A stretch of 63,445 bases of DNA, from positions 1 to 63,445 of the forward strand of contig JAYELZ010000273.1 in the NCBI GenBank assembly GCA_034717835.1, read 5' to 3'. This document shows positions 48,088 to 56,841 of the stretch, one piece after another. Origin of the DNA: Chloroflexota bacterium (GTDB lineage Bacteria; Chloroflexota; Anaerolineae; B4-G1; SLSP01). The first letter of the stretch is position 1, and each line of letters begins with the position of its first letter. A program made the translations under genes and the position numbers. Below the pieces are notes generated by a model. The model made no database searches. It was not told the DNA's origin and was given only the letters and a program-made list of their open reading frames with translations.

Positions 48088-48237
48088 GAGAGCTCACCAC
48101 TGAGACACGAAGGACACTGAATAGTTAGCAATTAGCAGTTAGCGATTTGTCATAGGAACTAACCGCAATACACTACACTTCAGTTAGGATTTTCGAATCC
48201 TAGTCGGTCCTAAAATCTTCGTGCCTTTGTGATGAAA
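48088..48237. repeat. Intercistronic hairpin-type repeat (CACCACTGAGACAC module, TTAGCA words)
   Basis: 48088-48120 is about 85% identical to the reverse complement of 62985-63017. The inverted partner cttcgtgcctttgtgatg is at 48217. The ttagcaattagcagttagcg words lie between. Confidence 0.65.
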
Positions 48238-48293
48238 TACTTGCTTTCGGTAGACCCAACTAGTTTTTAGCAGGTTAATCTGCGTCCCCAAAA

Positions 48294-49223
48294 TTATTCC
48301 CGATTGAACGGTTTGGTCAGTGCGCTGGGAGTCTGGGCGCGTTGCCCGGCCAAGACCAGCGCCACGATGGTGAGCAGATAGGGCATCATCACCGCCATCT
48401 CCGAGGGGATAGGGATCCCTAGCGTCTGTACCCAGAGCTGTAAGGCGTTGACCATACTGAAGAGCAAGGCGCCAATCAAGACCCCGCCGGGTTTCCAGCC
48501 GCCAAAGTAAACCAGGGCCACCGCGATGAAGCCCAAGCCGCTGGTCAAGTTCTGTTGGAAGACGTTGAGCAGTGCGATGGAGAGTGAGGCTCCGGCCACG
48601 CCAGAGAGGGCGCCTCCCAGAGTGACGGTGAAGTAGCGCACGCGGCTCACGCTGACGCCCAACGAGTCCGCCGCGTCTGGATTTTCGCCCACCGCCCTGA
48701 TTTTCAATCCCAGGGTGGTCTTGTTTAGCAAGAACCAGGTGAGCGGCACCAGGGCAAACGCGATATAGACGAGGATATTGTGCTGGAAGAGGATCCTGCC
48801 CACCACGGGCAGCTCGCTCAACCAGGGGAAATGTAGCGGAGTGAAGCCACTGACGGTCTCCACCCGCCCCAATAACTTCTGGAAGAGCAAATCGCTCAAG
48901 CCCAGACCGAAGAGGTAGAAGCCGATGCCGCTGATGCCCTGCTTGGCCTGCAAGTTGATGCTCACGAAAGCCATCAGCAGTCCCATCAGCGCGCCCACCA
49001 AACCCGCTGCCAATAATGCCAACCACAAATTGCCGGTAGTGAGCGCTACGTAGAACCCTGCGAAGGCCCCCAATAACATCTGTCCTTCCACGCCCAAGTT
49101 GAGCACGCCGCTGCGCTGGCTGATCGTCTCGCCCAGTCCAGCATAGAGATAGGGTGTCGCCAAGCGAATGCCAGAAGCCAAAATGCCGATAATTACCCGC
49201 GCCGAGAAGAGATCTCTGATCAT
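48294..49223 (-). CDS. ABC transporter permease (nucleoside/BMP type)
   Basis: 309 aa polytopic, with a 4-nt overlap with the upstream permease gene. Confidence 0.88.
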   Translation of the reverse strand: MIRDLFSARVIIGILASGIRLATPYLYAGLGETISQRSGVLNLGVEGQMLLGAFAGFYVALTTGNLWLALLAAGLVGALMGLLMAFVSINLQAKQGISGIGFYLFGLGLSDLLFQKLLGRVETVSGFTPLHFPWLSELPVVGRILFQHNILVYIAFALVPLTWFLLNKTTLGLKIRAVGENPDAADSLGVSVSRVRYFTVTLGGALSGVAGASLSIALLNVFQQNLTSGLGFIAVALVYFGGWKPGGVLIGALLFSMVNALQLWVQTLGIPIPSEMAVMMPYLLTIVALVLAGQRAQTPSALTKPFNRE

Positions 49224-50350
49224 GCCGCTACCTCCTCTCCCTGTGGAACTGGCGGGGCAATATGCGCCTCGCTCAACCGCTGTTGGGCGCGCTTCTTACG
49301 CCAGAGCTCGCTGCTCACCACGAAGATCACCACCAACCCATTGAGCGTGGTAATCAAGGCGGCGGGTACCTGTACTGCGCGTTGCAGTTTGTTGGCCCCG
49401 ACCAACAAACCTCCAAAGAAGAAAGAAGCTGGAATCACTCCCAGTGGATGCAATTGTCCAAAGAGCGCGGCCACAATGCCGTTAAAACCGGCGTTCCCGG
49501 TAAATCCGGTCGCCGAACCATCGGTGAACATGCGATGATGGAGGCCGTAAACCTGCACCGCGCCGGCCAGCCCGGCCAATGCTCCACTCAAGAGCAACGA
49601 GAGTACGATATGTTGCGGCACTTTGATGCCGGCGTAACGCGAGGCGTGGGGATTAAGTCCTACCGCGCGAATGCGGTAGCCCAACGTGGTGCGCCAGAGG
49701 AGAATGTAGACGAGTATCGCCAGCACGACGGCCAGAGCAGCTCCCAGATGCAGGCGCGTGGGTGCTAGGCGGGGGAGGTCAAAGGCGTGCGCTAAACGCG
49801 CGGTCTGGGGAATGCGTGAGGAACGTTCCAGCTGTAGGGGATCAATGAGCGGGCCGATGAGCAGAAAGTTCATCAGCTGCACCGCGATCTGGTTCATCAT
49901 AATGGTGCTCAAAATCTCATTGACGTTGAAGTAAGCCTTCAAAACGCCGGGAATACCACCCCAGAGCGCGCCTCCCACTAGCCCCGCCAACATCCCCAGC
50001 GGGATAACCAACCAGCCGGATTGTTCCGGCAGCCATAAGCCCACGACCGTCGCGCTCAAGGCTCCGGCCACAAACTGCCCTTCGCCGCCGATGTTGGTGA
50101 CGCCGCCGCGAAAAGCGATACAGATTCCCAGCCCCACCAAGAGCAAAGGCGTCGCCTTGACCACCGTATCAGCCAGCGCGTTAGGATTGCCGAAGGCGCC
50201 CGCCAGCAACGCGCCATACGCGGTGCTGGGGTTGGCTCCCATGAAGAGCAACATAATAGCCCCGATGAATAAAGCCGCCAGAGTCGCCAGCACCGGGAGC
50301 AACGCGTCCACGAGCTGGGGGAGAGATAAAGAGTTGAACCATTTTTTCAT
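49220..50350 (-). CDS. ABC transporter permease (nucleoside/BMP type)
   Basis: 376 aa polytopic, NIGGEGQ motif. Confidence 0.88.
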   Translation of the reverse strand: MKKWFNSLSLPQLVDALLPVLATLAALFIGAIMLLFMGANPSTAYGALLAGAFGNPNALADTVVKATPLLLVGLGICIAFRGGVTNIGGEGQFVAGALSATVVGLWLPEQSGWLVIPLGMLAGLVGGALWGGIPGVLKAYFNVNEILSTIMMNQIAVQLMNFLLIGPLIDPLQLERSSRIPQTARLAHAFDLPRLAPTRLHLGAALAVVLAILVYILLWRTTLGYRIRAVGLNPHASRYAGIKVPQHIVLSLLLSGALAGLAGAVQVYGLHHRMFTDGSATGFTGNAGFNGIVAALFGQLHPLGVIPASFFFGGLLVGANKLQRAVQVPAALITTLNGLVVIFVVSSELWRKKRAQQRLSEAHIAPPVPQGEEVAA

Positions 50351-50466
50351 AACAACTACCTCGACAAATTACAAATAGGTAAATGGCAAAGATTTTTCCA
50401 CCACTAGACATGCGAGCGCAAATATAGTGTACTTCAGCGGCTCTTGAGCACGTTCAAATGATCTTT

Positions 50467-51087
50467 TCAACCAATAAAAACCCTAGACCCCAAATCATTA
50501 GGCCATCTAAGCTCTGGATTATCTAATTTCCGCGCTCGTTCAACGGCTACTTCAATATGAGGTAAGAAACGTCCCGGATTTAGATTTTTCTTATTATATT
50601 CCCCCAGTATTTCCAACAGTTCTGCCTCTAAACGGTTACGATTAGCGTTAATTCTGGCATTTACTTTGAATTCAGTTAGAGTCTCAGAGGTATAATCATC
50701 CAAAGATTTTAGATGTAAAAGCAACCACAATTCGAAACAAGGATTACTGACTGCCAAATTATAGTCTTTTTGTACACTTACTTGCGCGATTTCTGCTAGC
50801 TTAGCATCTCCCCAACGATCCACATCAATTACTAACCAAAACTCATCACCATTTTCCCAATCGTACTTACCCTGGAAGTCATCAAGGGTCTCCAAAACAT
50901 GCTTTGGAGAAGATTCTACGGGATTTTCCCTCTCTAATAGGTGAATTTTTACTTTAGAGTTTTGGTATTTAGCCGCTAATCCTCGAAAGTATTGAGGCTC
51001 AGTATTTGCTCCTTCAGAAGCAATAACGATTAAGCGCGCATCCCGTACACCACTTAGACGCTGGCGGGGCTTAAATTTCCGAGACAT
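50467..51087 (-). CDS. RloB-like (Toprim-related) protein
   Basis: RLIVIASEGANTEPQYF, WLVIDVDRW, AVSNPCFELWLLLHL. The ATG directly abuts the upstream stop. Confidence 0.8.
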   Translation of the reverse strand: MSRKFKPRQRLSGVRDARLIVIASEGANTEPQYFRGLAAKYQNSKVKIHLLERENPVESSPKHVLETLDDFQGKYDWENGDEFWLVIDVDRWGDAKLAEIAQVSVQKDYNLAVSNPCFELWLLLHLKSLDDYTSETLTEFKVNARINANRNRLEAELLEILGEYNKKNLNPGRFLPHIEVAVERARKLDNPELRWPNDLGSRVFIG

Positions 51088-52419
51088 CTACGTCTCCTCG
51101 CGCGTGCCAAATGTCATACTGCCAAAAACTGGAATAGCGCCATAGCGACCCAGCATATAGCCTTTTTCTATATCTTTATCGTATCGTGGGGCGTACTCTT
51201 CTAGTGAGTAGGTATGGGAAGCCCCCTGACGATCTTTTTCTACAAACCAGATCTCATCACGCCGCAACAACTCCAAGTCTAGCAGGTGGGATTCATGTGT
51301 AGTGGTAATGAGCTGACTTTCTGAAGCCTCATTACTTAAAAACAGTTTCACTAATTCATAACTAAGTTTAGAGTGTAAACTGCGATCTATCTCATCTACA
51401 ACAAACACCTTGTTCTCTTGGTCTGTTAACCCTGGTAACAGATCCAATAAACGACGCGTGCCATCAGATTCTTCCGCCATATTAAATAGAACATCTTCTT
51501 CACAATCCGACATCTGGTGGCGCAGCATAAGTTTGCTGGCTTGTAGCTCTTCATCAATAATTTGGACTATATACCGGCTGCCTTGAGAGTTACTTAAAAA
51601 CGCGCCACTTCTATTAGCATCCCGGCCTGATTTCAACAACGTAGCGGTTAATTTTTCTGGGAATTCTTTCAGGGGATCAACTTTGCTCAGCTCAAAACCA
51701 CAAATACCCGTCCCCAGTTGTTCCAGATATTTTACCAACTCACCCCCTAAACTCTGCTCAACCCAAATTATTGGTAATGCCAGATATTTAGAGTCTGGAA
51801 AAATAATAGTTAAGTTTTCCGCGAACCATTGATAAACATTTTGGAAGTTTTGCACATCGCGTTCCACGCTCTCCGTAAGAAATAATTGATTAGGGCGTGT
51901 TCCCATTGCCACAAAGTCAAGGAAATCACGTTCTTTTTGGTTCTCTGTCTGGATTTTCCCAAATTCTATCTCTGTTTCACCAGAAGAATTTGTCTCCCTC
52001 TCAAACAACATTGTTTCAGTGGTTTTCCTAATTTCATACAACCATTCTTCACGAATATGCTGGCGATCTAATTCAAAACCGTAGATGTAACAACGGTCAC
52101 CTGCTTTGATCTCAAACTCAAATTTAGAGGGTAGTTTTTTAGTTTCAGCCCTAAGCTTAAACCTGGTGCGCGGAATCATATCTTTCGCATGTGTACCCTC
52201 CACGATCAATTCTCTCGCAAAATCCATAGCCTTGATCAAATTTGATTTACCAGAGGCGTTAGCTCCGTAAAGCATAGCAATACGCAACATTGAGATGTCA
52301 TGCCTTCCAGTACTCTCAATGACATGAGTAGAATGCTTACGCATCTTACCTGGGATCATGGACAATTCAACTTCCTCATCAAAAGACAAGTAATTACTAA
52401 CATGGAATCTAATCAGCAT
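51088..52419 (-). CDS. AAA15/AAA21-type ABC-like ATPase (RloA/AbiLi/AriA-like)
   Basis: NYLSF...LYGANASGKSNLIKA Walker A, VFVVDEIDRSLHSKL Walker B, QLITTTHES. Confidence 0.85.
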   Translation of the reverse strand: MLIRFHVSNYLSFDEEVELSMIPGKMRKHSTHVIESTGRHDISMLRIAMLYGANASGKSNLIKAMDFARELIVEGTHAKDMIPRTRFKLRAETKKLPSKFEFEIKAGDRCYIYGFELDRQHIREEWLYEIRKTTETMLFERETNSSGETEIEFGKIQTENQKERDFLDFVAMGTRPNQLFLTESVERDVQNFQNVYQWFAENLTIIFPDSKYLALPIIWVEQSLGGELVKYLEQLGTGICGFELSKVDPLKEFPEKLTATLLKSGRDANRSGAFLSNSQGSRYIVQIIDEELQASKLMLRHQMSDCEEDVLFNMAEESDGTRRLLDLLPGLTDQENKVFVVDEIDRSLHSKLSYELVKLFLSNEASESQLITTTHESHLLDLELLRRDEIWFVEKDRQGASHTYSLEEYAPRYDKDIEKGYMLGRYGAIPVFGSMTFGTREET

Positions 52420-52748
52420 ACAATCTCTCTCCTTTAAGGTGATATTTTCTCCTCATCAACAAACATATTTAGTATAAAGGAGATTTAGTTGCTGTCAAGG
52501 AGAGTTTTTCACGAACAATACATATCAAAAATTACAACTGGCAATAAAACACTTCACTCGGCGCGCCAGAACTGCCACTCGTGCTCTCATTTGACGAACG
52601 TCTAGGGGCGGGAGGGGTCATCACTGCTGTGTCTCACTTGGTGGGTGGGCAAAGTGCTTCTTCTGGACAGCTCAGTTCAGATCATGTTTCTCAACCGTGC
52701 TAGCGGCTAAAAATTCATCTAATGGACGGTACAAGCAATGATATTGGT

Positions 52749-52846
52749 ATCAAAACAATACTCCTTGTTCCGCCTGCTCAAATGGCAAGTTCAAGTGTTC
52801 GTAAGCGCTCCGCGTGGCTCACGGTTCCCACGTCCTGACCGAGTTG
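52749..52846 (-). pseudogene. Relic duplicate of the ruvB 3' end
   Basis: The first 70 nt match 54271-54340 at about 91% (64/70). It translates to [22 protein letters not shown] against Ruv[23 protein letters not shown]. An upstream stop codon breaks the frame. Confidence 0.8.
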
Positions 52847-52902
52847 ATGCTCTATTTATTTTATGTTTGATCGCGCCAGGAAGATTCCCCTCGGCAGAAG
52901 AG

Positions 52903-54222
52903 CTAGCGTTGTTTTTGCTTGCTCCCATTTTGTTTTTGAGCCAAGTTATTCGCCTTCAGCAAGGCTACAATTTGATGGCGGGCGGTCTCATCCAAAGCTT
53001 TGCCGCGTGTCAGATCTTCACCGATAAATTTCCCCCGGGTCAATTGCCATACAGGCACCGTGGGTTTACTGAGAAGTAATTTACTCCGCGAAGCCCATAC
53101 AACTCGTGGCTCTATCCATACCGTCACATCACATTGTTGAAGATAGTCGTGTAATCGTTGTGCATTCCTCTGAGCTTGACGACCAGGGTTGCGGCTTAGC
53201 TTGTGCCAGAGGGGGCCGTATTTCCGTTGCCAGCTGTCACCGATGTTGCGATGGGTGCCGGAGAAAGTTTTGATTTCCAACGCATATATGCCATTGGGAC
53301 CAATTAGGATTGCATCAATATCATCTTGCCTACCAGGTAAAATGATATTGCGGAAAAGTGTCCAACGTTGATTCAGATTATTACGTAATGCTTTGGCTAC
53401 TAGTTGCTCGCCTTTACGACCTTTCTTATAATTCTCGATTTCATCTATAAGCTGCTCTGCTCGTGGCAAGATAAGTAATGCCCCTACCAATAGCGCGCCA
53501 GATGCGACTAGCCAACCTAATGATACTTGTGCCAGGTGGAGAAGCTGCACAATTACAACAACCACGCCGATAAACAATGACAACAGCCATAAGTCGAGAA
53601 CCACTACCATTAAAATTGCTGCCCAATGTTGTCTACGTCGCAACTGTTGCGTCAAATACTTACTACCGTTGACGATTTGCAGTGTTTGCTTAGAATCGGA
53701 GGCGACAGGTGCCGGAGCGACACCTATCGAAGGTATAGCTGCGGTATGGATAGGGACAGCGGAAGGTGTGAGGGATACTTGCCGAATTTGATTTTTGGCT
53801 AAGCCCTTTCGCTCTAGGGGCGTCAGTTGCCGGCATACAATTTCTGCTCCCAGCACCGCTGCCGCACTCCGTAATTCCTGCGTATAGGCGTTAGCTACGG
53901 CATAAGCTAAATCGTGTAGGTTGATAATCTGCTTGTCTAAGAGATTCCCAATAGGTTGATTTAGGCCTTTGAAAGGCCAGACGACTCTTCGTGCTACAGT
54001 TGGAAGAAGCATTACCTGTTGCAAATTTTGGGCCTGGAGCTCTACCGCCGCGGCCCACTTGATTTTGGGATCAAAATATTTCTCGGCGGCCCAATTTAAA
54101 TCTTGCTTATTTACTTCACCAGAGGCTAACAATTCGCCCAGTGGACGGTGCAACTTCTTGATCGGCCAAATGACGTTGTTGGCTAGCTCAATGATATCTG
54201 GTCCTTTCCATTCTTCAATCAT
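52903..54222 (-). CDS. Membrane protein with two N-terminal about 50-aa repeats, two TM helices and a C-terminal NERD (nuclease-related) domain
   Basis: Repeats VIWPIKKLHRPLGELL..DLNWA / VVWPFKGLNQPIGNLL..DLAYA. TM at residues 200-228 and 234-253. NERD: GRKGEQLVAKAL...DIDAILIGPNGIYALEIKTFSG. Confidence 0.8.
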   Translation of the reverse strand: MIEEWKGPDIIELANNVIWPIKKLHRPLGELLASGEVNKQDLNWAAEKYFDPKIKWAAAVELQAQNLQQVMLLPTVARRVVWPFKGLNQPIGNLLDKQIINLHDLAYAVANAYTQELRSAAAVLGAEIVCRQLTPLERKGLAKNQIRQVSLTPSAVPIHTAAIPSIGVAPAPVASDSKQTLQIVNGSKYLTQQLRRRQHWAAILMVVVLDLWLLSLFIGVVVVIVQLLHLAQVSLGWLVASGALLVGALLILPRAEQLIDEIENYKKGRKGEQLVAKALRNNLNQRWTLFRNIILPGRQDDIDAILIGPNGIYALEIKTFSGTHRNIGDSWQRKYGPLWHKLSRNPGRQAQRNAQRLHDYLQQCDVTVWIEPRVVWASRSKLLLSKPTVPVWQLTRGKFIGEDLTRGKALDETARHQIVALLKANNLAQKQNGSKQKQR

Positions 54223-54271
54223 GACCGCTCGCCTAAGTTTTTGTTAACATAAAGAGTTGGGGTAATATGCA

Positions 54272-55294
54272 TCAAAACAATATTCCCTGTTCCACCTGCT
54301 CAAATGGCAAGTTCAAGTGTTCGTAGGCGTTCCGGGTGGCGGTGCGACCACGTGGCGTGCGGTTGAGAAACCCTAATTGCAAGAGATACGGTTCCACCAC
54401 ATCCATGATGGTATCCGGGGCCTCGCCGATGGAGGCCGCGATGGTATCCAAGCCCACCGGCCCGCCGCCAAACTTCTCTATGATGGCGTGCAGCACTCGG
54501 CGATCTAAATTATCTAGACCGGCCTCGTCAATTTCTAACAATGCTGTTGCCTCCTCCGCAATTTTTCCGGTGATGATGCCGTCCCCGCGCACCTGAGCGT
54601 AATCGCGGACGCGGCGCAGGAGGCGTAGCGCGACGCGCGGCGTCCCCCGGCCGCGACGGGCGATCTCAATCCGACCTTGCGGTTCGAGCGGTACCGCAAG
54701 CACTTTGGCGGCGCGCTCCACAATCTGCTCCAGGGCCGCTTGCTCGTAGAAATCCAGCCGGTAGGTGGCTCCGAAGCGCGTGCGCAGCGGCGCGGAGAGG
54801 AGCGCCAGCCGGGTAGTCGCTCCCACCACCGTAAAGCGCGGCAAACTCAGACGGACGGTTCGCGCCCCCGGCCCCTGACCGATTACCAGATCCAGGGCGA
54901 AATCTTCCATGGCCGGGTAGAGGATCTCTTCCACCACTTTGCCCAGACGGTGAATCTCGTCGATGAAGAGCACTTCCTTCTCACGTAGGTTGCTAAGGAT
55001 AGCTGCCAAGTCCCCGGCGCGTTCAATCGCCGGCCCAGAGGTGACGTGAATAGCAGTCCCCATCTCATTGGCGCAGATGCGGGCCAGCGTGGTTTTTCCT
55101 AACCCTGGCGGGCCATAGAATAATGTATGCTCCAGGGCTTCGCCGCGCCCTTGCGCGGCGTCGAGCAGGATACGCAAATTCTCTCGCACGCGATCTTGGC
55201 CGATGAGTGCTGCTAGTCGCTGGGGACGTAGCGCGCGGTCCAAAATGGGTTCTTCGAGGGTGGCTTCGGGTGCTATGGTGCGTGGTCTAGTCAT
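54272..55294 (-). CDS. ruvB: Holliday junction branch migration helicase RuvB
   Basis: [36 protein letters not shown]. Confidence 0.96.
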   Translation of the reverse strand: MTRPRTIAPEATLEEPILDRALRPQRLAALIGQDRVRENLRILLDAAQGRGEALEHTLFYGPPGLGKTTLARICANEMGTAIHVTSGPAIERAGDLAAILSNLREKEVLFIDEIHRLGKVVEEILYPAMEDFALDLVIGQGPGARTVRLSLPRFTVVGATTRLALLSAPLRTRFGATYRLDFYEQAALEQIVERAAKVLAVPLEPQGRIEIARRGRGTPRVALRLLRRVRDYAQVRGDGIITGKIAEEATALLEIDEAGLDNLDRRVLHAIIEKFGGGPVGLDTIAASIGEAPDTIMDVVEPYLLQLGFLNRTPRGRTATRNAYEHLNLPFEQVEQGILF

Positions 55295-55301
55295 CTTACC
55301 T

Positions 55302-55400
55302 CTTGTCGGGTAGTCGGGTAGTCGTTAGTCAGGTAGTCAAATTGCCATGCGCCATTGGCTGATTTGTTGGTCACTCGCTGGCTGAGCCGCTAACCCACTG
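55302..55400. repeat. 7-8-nt-period word repeats (GTAGTCGG then TTGCCAT)
   Basis: cttgtcgggtagtcgggtagtcgttagtcaggtagtcaaattgccatgcgccattggctgatttgttgg. Confidence 0.75.
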
Positions 55401-56753
55401 CTATTGTTGGTAATCTGCCCCTAGAATAACAATGATATCATAGACCGAGGAAGGATCAGCGCCATTTACCACCGCGCTCGCGGGCAAATTCAATACAGCC
55501 CTGATTTTTTCTGCCGTGATAGGTTTAGGGCGATAGAGAATGATCACGGACTCGGCATAATCCTGCCGGTCAGCGTTGGAGGCTTCTCTCACATCCAATC
55601 CTTGTGCTTTGAGCTGTTCACTCACTTCCGTTGCCAAGCCGGGGCGCACAGTTCCGTTGCGCACGGAGAGCGTCGCTTGTTCGTCAGCTGGTGTCACTTC
55701 TTCCCCCAGATTGTCTACTGTGCCAAAGACATAATCGCGCACCTCACGCATCCGGTCACGAAGCGGAATCAGCACTTGCGCGCCCTGCGGTGTGATCCAG
55801 TTTTGGGTACAACTGGTATCAATTACGCCGAAACGAATCTCCTCGCGATTTACCTGAAGTGCCAAGCCACTCAGCGCCAGGATTTCATCTAACTGCATAT
55901 CGGTACTCACGGACTCTTCCAAGGTGGTGAAGATTTGAGGAGCCTTTCGGGCCAACTGCGGCAACATCTGCAAGCTGGTAACGCGCTCTAGCAAGGCGAC
56001 CATGACTTGTTGCTGACGGCGGGCGCGGTCGAAATCCCCGGTGCCGTGACGGGTGCGCGCGTACTTGAGCGCCATCTCGCCATCAAAGTGATGCGGCCCC
56101 GCCTCGATATGCAAGACTTCTATGCCGTAATCGCTAGTGGGATAGGCAGTATCGTGCAGCGTCTGCTCCACATCAATATCCACCCCGCCGACCAAATCTA
56201 CCAACTTGATGAATCCCTGGAAGTTGAGCCGAACGTAATAATCGACCGGCACACCGAAATTATATTGCACTGTCTCCATGGCCAGCGCCGGCCCGCCACC
56301 GGGATGATCATAGAGGTCGCCCAGGAAGTGCGCTGTATTGATGCGGTTGCCATCTTCTGCATAGCCGGGGATGGGAACCCAGAGGTCGCGCGGAATAGAG
56401 AGCACCCCCGCCTGCAACGTTGTCGGATCTAACGTTACCAACATGATCGTATCAGTGCGGAACGGGCCGCTTTCCTGCTGCCGTTCGTCAATCCCCAAGA
56501 CCAAAATAGTGACTCGGTCATTGCTGACCCACGTGGGAATCACTTGACCTAGCCGTCGTTCCACATGTTCACTGGTCTCAGTCGAAGCGCTTACCCCAGG
56601 TATCACGCCAGCATCCGAAATTCGCGCGCGTGTCCAGGAGAAGAGAAATCGCGCAGCCATAAATCCCACGCCCAAGAAAACCACTAGCAGCAAGCCGGTC
56701 AGAATCAACGGCAAAGTATTGTTCTTTTGATAAGCGTCTCTATCTGTCATCAT
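55401..56753 (-). CDS. LCP (LytR-CpsA-Psr) family protein with C-terminal LytR_C domain
   Basis: N-terminal TM, ILVLGIDER...RTDTIMLVTLDP...LSIPRDLWV. Confidence 0.85.
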   Translation of the reverse strand: MMTDRDAYQKNNTLPLILTGLLLVVFLGVGFMAARFLFSWTRARISDAGVIPGVSASTETSEHVERRLGQVIPTWVSNDRVTILVLGIDERQQESGPFRTDTIMLVTLDPTTLQAGVLSIPRDLWVPIPGYAEDGNRINTAHFLGDLYDHPGGGPALAMETVQYNFGVPVDYYVRLNFQGFIKLVDLVGGVDIDVEQTLHDTAYPTSDYGIEVLHIEAGPHHFDGEMALKYARTRHGTGDFDRARRQQQVMVALLERVTSLQMLPQLARKAPQIFTTLEESVSTDMQLDEILALSGLALQVNREEIRFGVIDTSCTQNWITPQGAQVLIPLRDRMREVRDYVFGTVDNLGEEVTPADEQATLSVRNGTVRPGLATEVSEQLKAQGLDVREASNADRQDYAESVIILYRPKPITAEKIRAVLNLPASAVVNGADPSSVYDIIVILGADYQQ

Positions 56754-56841
56754 ATTCTCTACCAGCGTTAAATTTGTTAGTCACCCTGGATTATACCACA
56801 GCTCAGGTCACCAAAGCATCTCATCATAGAGACGCGACCGT

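Larger units (their letters stand above)
50411..54270. mobile_element. AT-rich genomic islet inserted downstream of ruvB (defence-type cargo, no integrase seen)
   Basis: Hand counts on 60-nt samples give about 33-42% GC at 51.1-51.4 kb against about 65% at 49.26 kb. The islet is bounded on the right by the ruvB stop and contains a relic copy of the ruvB 3' end at 52749-52846. Confidence 0.55.

Noticed and set aside
48186-48204. ttcgaatcc string reminiscent of a tRNA T-arm
   Set aside because: It is only the centre of a short palindrome (aggattttcgaatcct). No acceptor, D or anticodon arms can be drawn around it.
48184-49026. 280-aa minus-strand ORF overlapping the permease gene 48294..49223 in another frame
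   Set aside because: It is an Arg/Gly/His-rich off-frame product, while the overlapping frame encodes a typical polytopic permease.
52738-53079. 113-aa plus-strand ORF
   Set aside because: It starts in the ruvB 3' relic (read antisense) and runs antisense into the NERD gene. It has no supporting motif.
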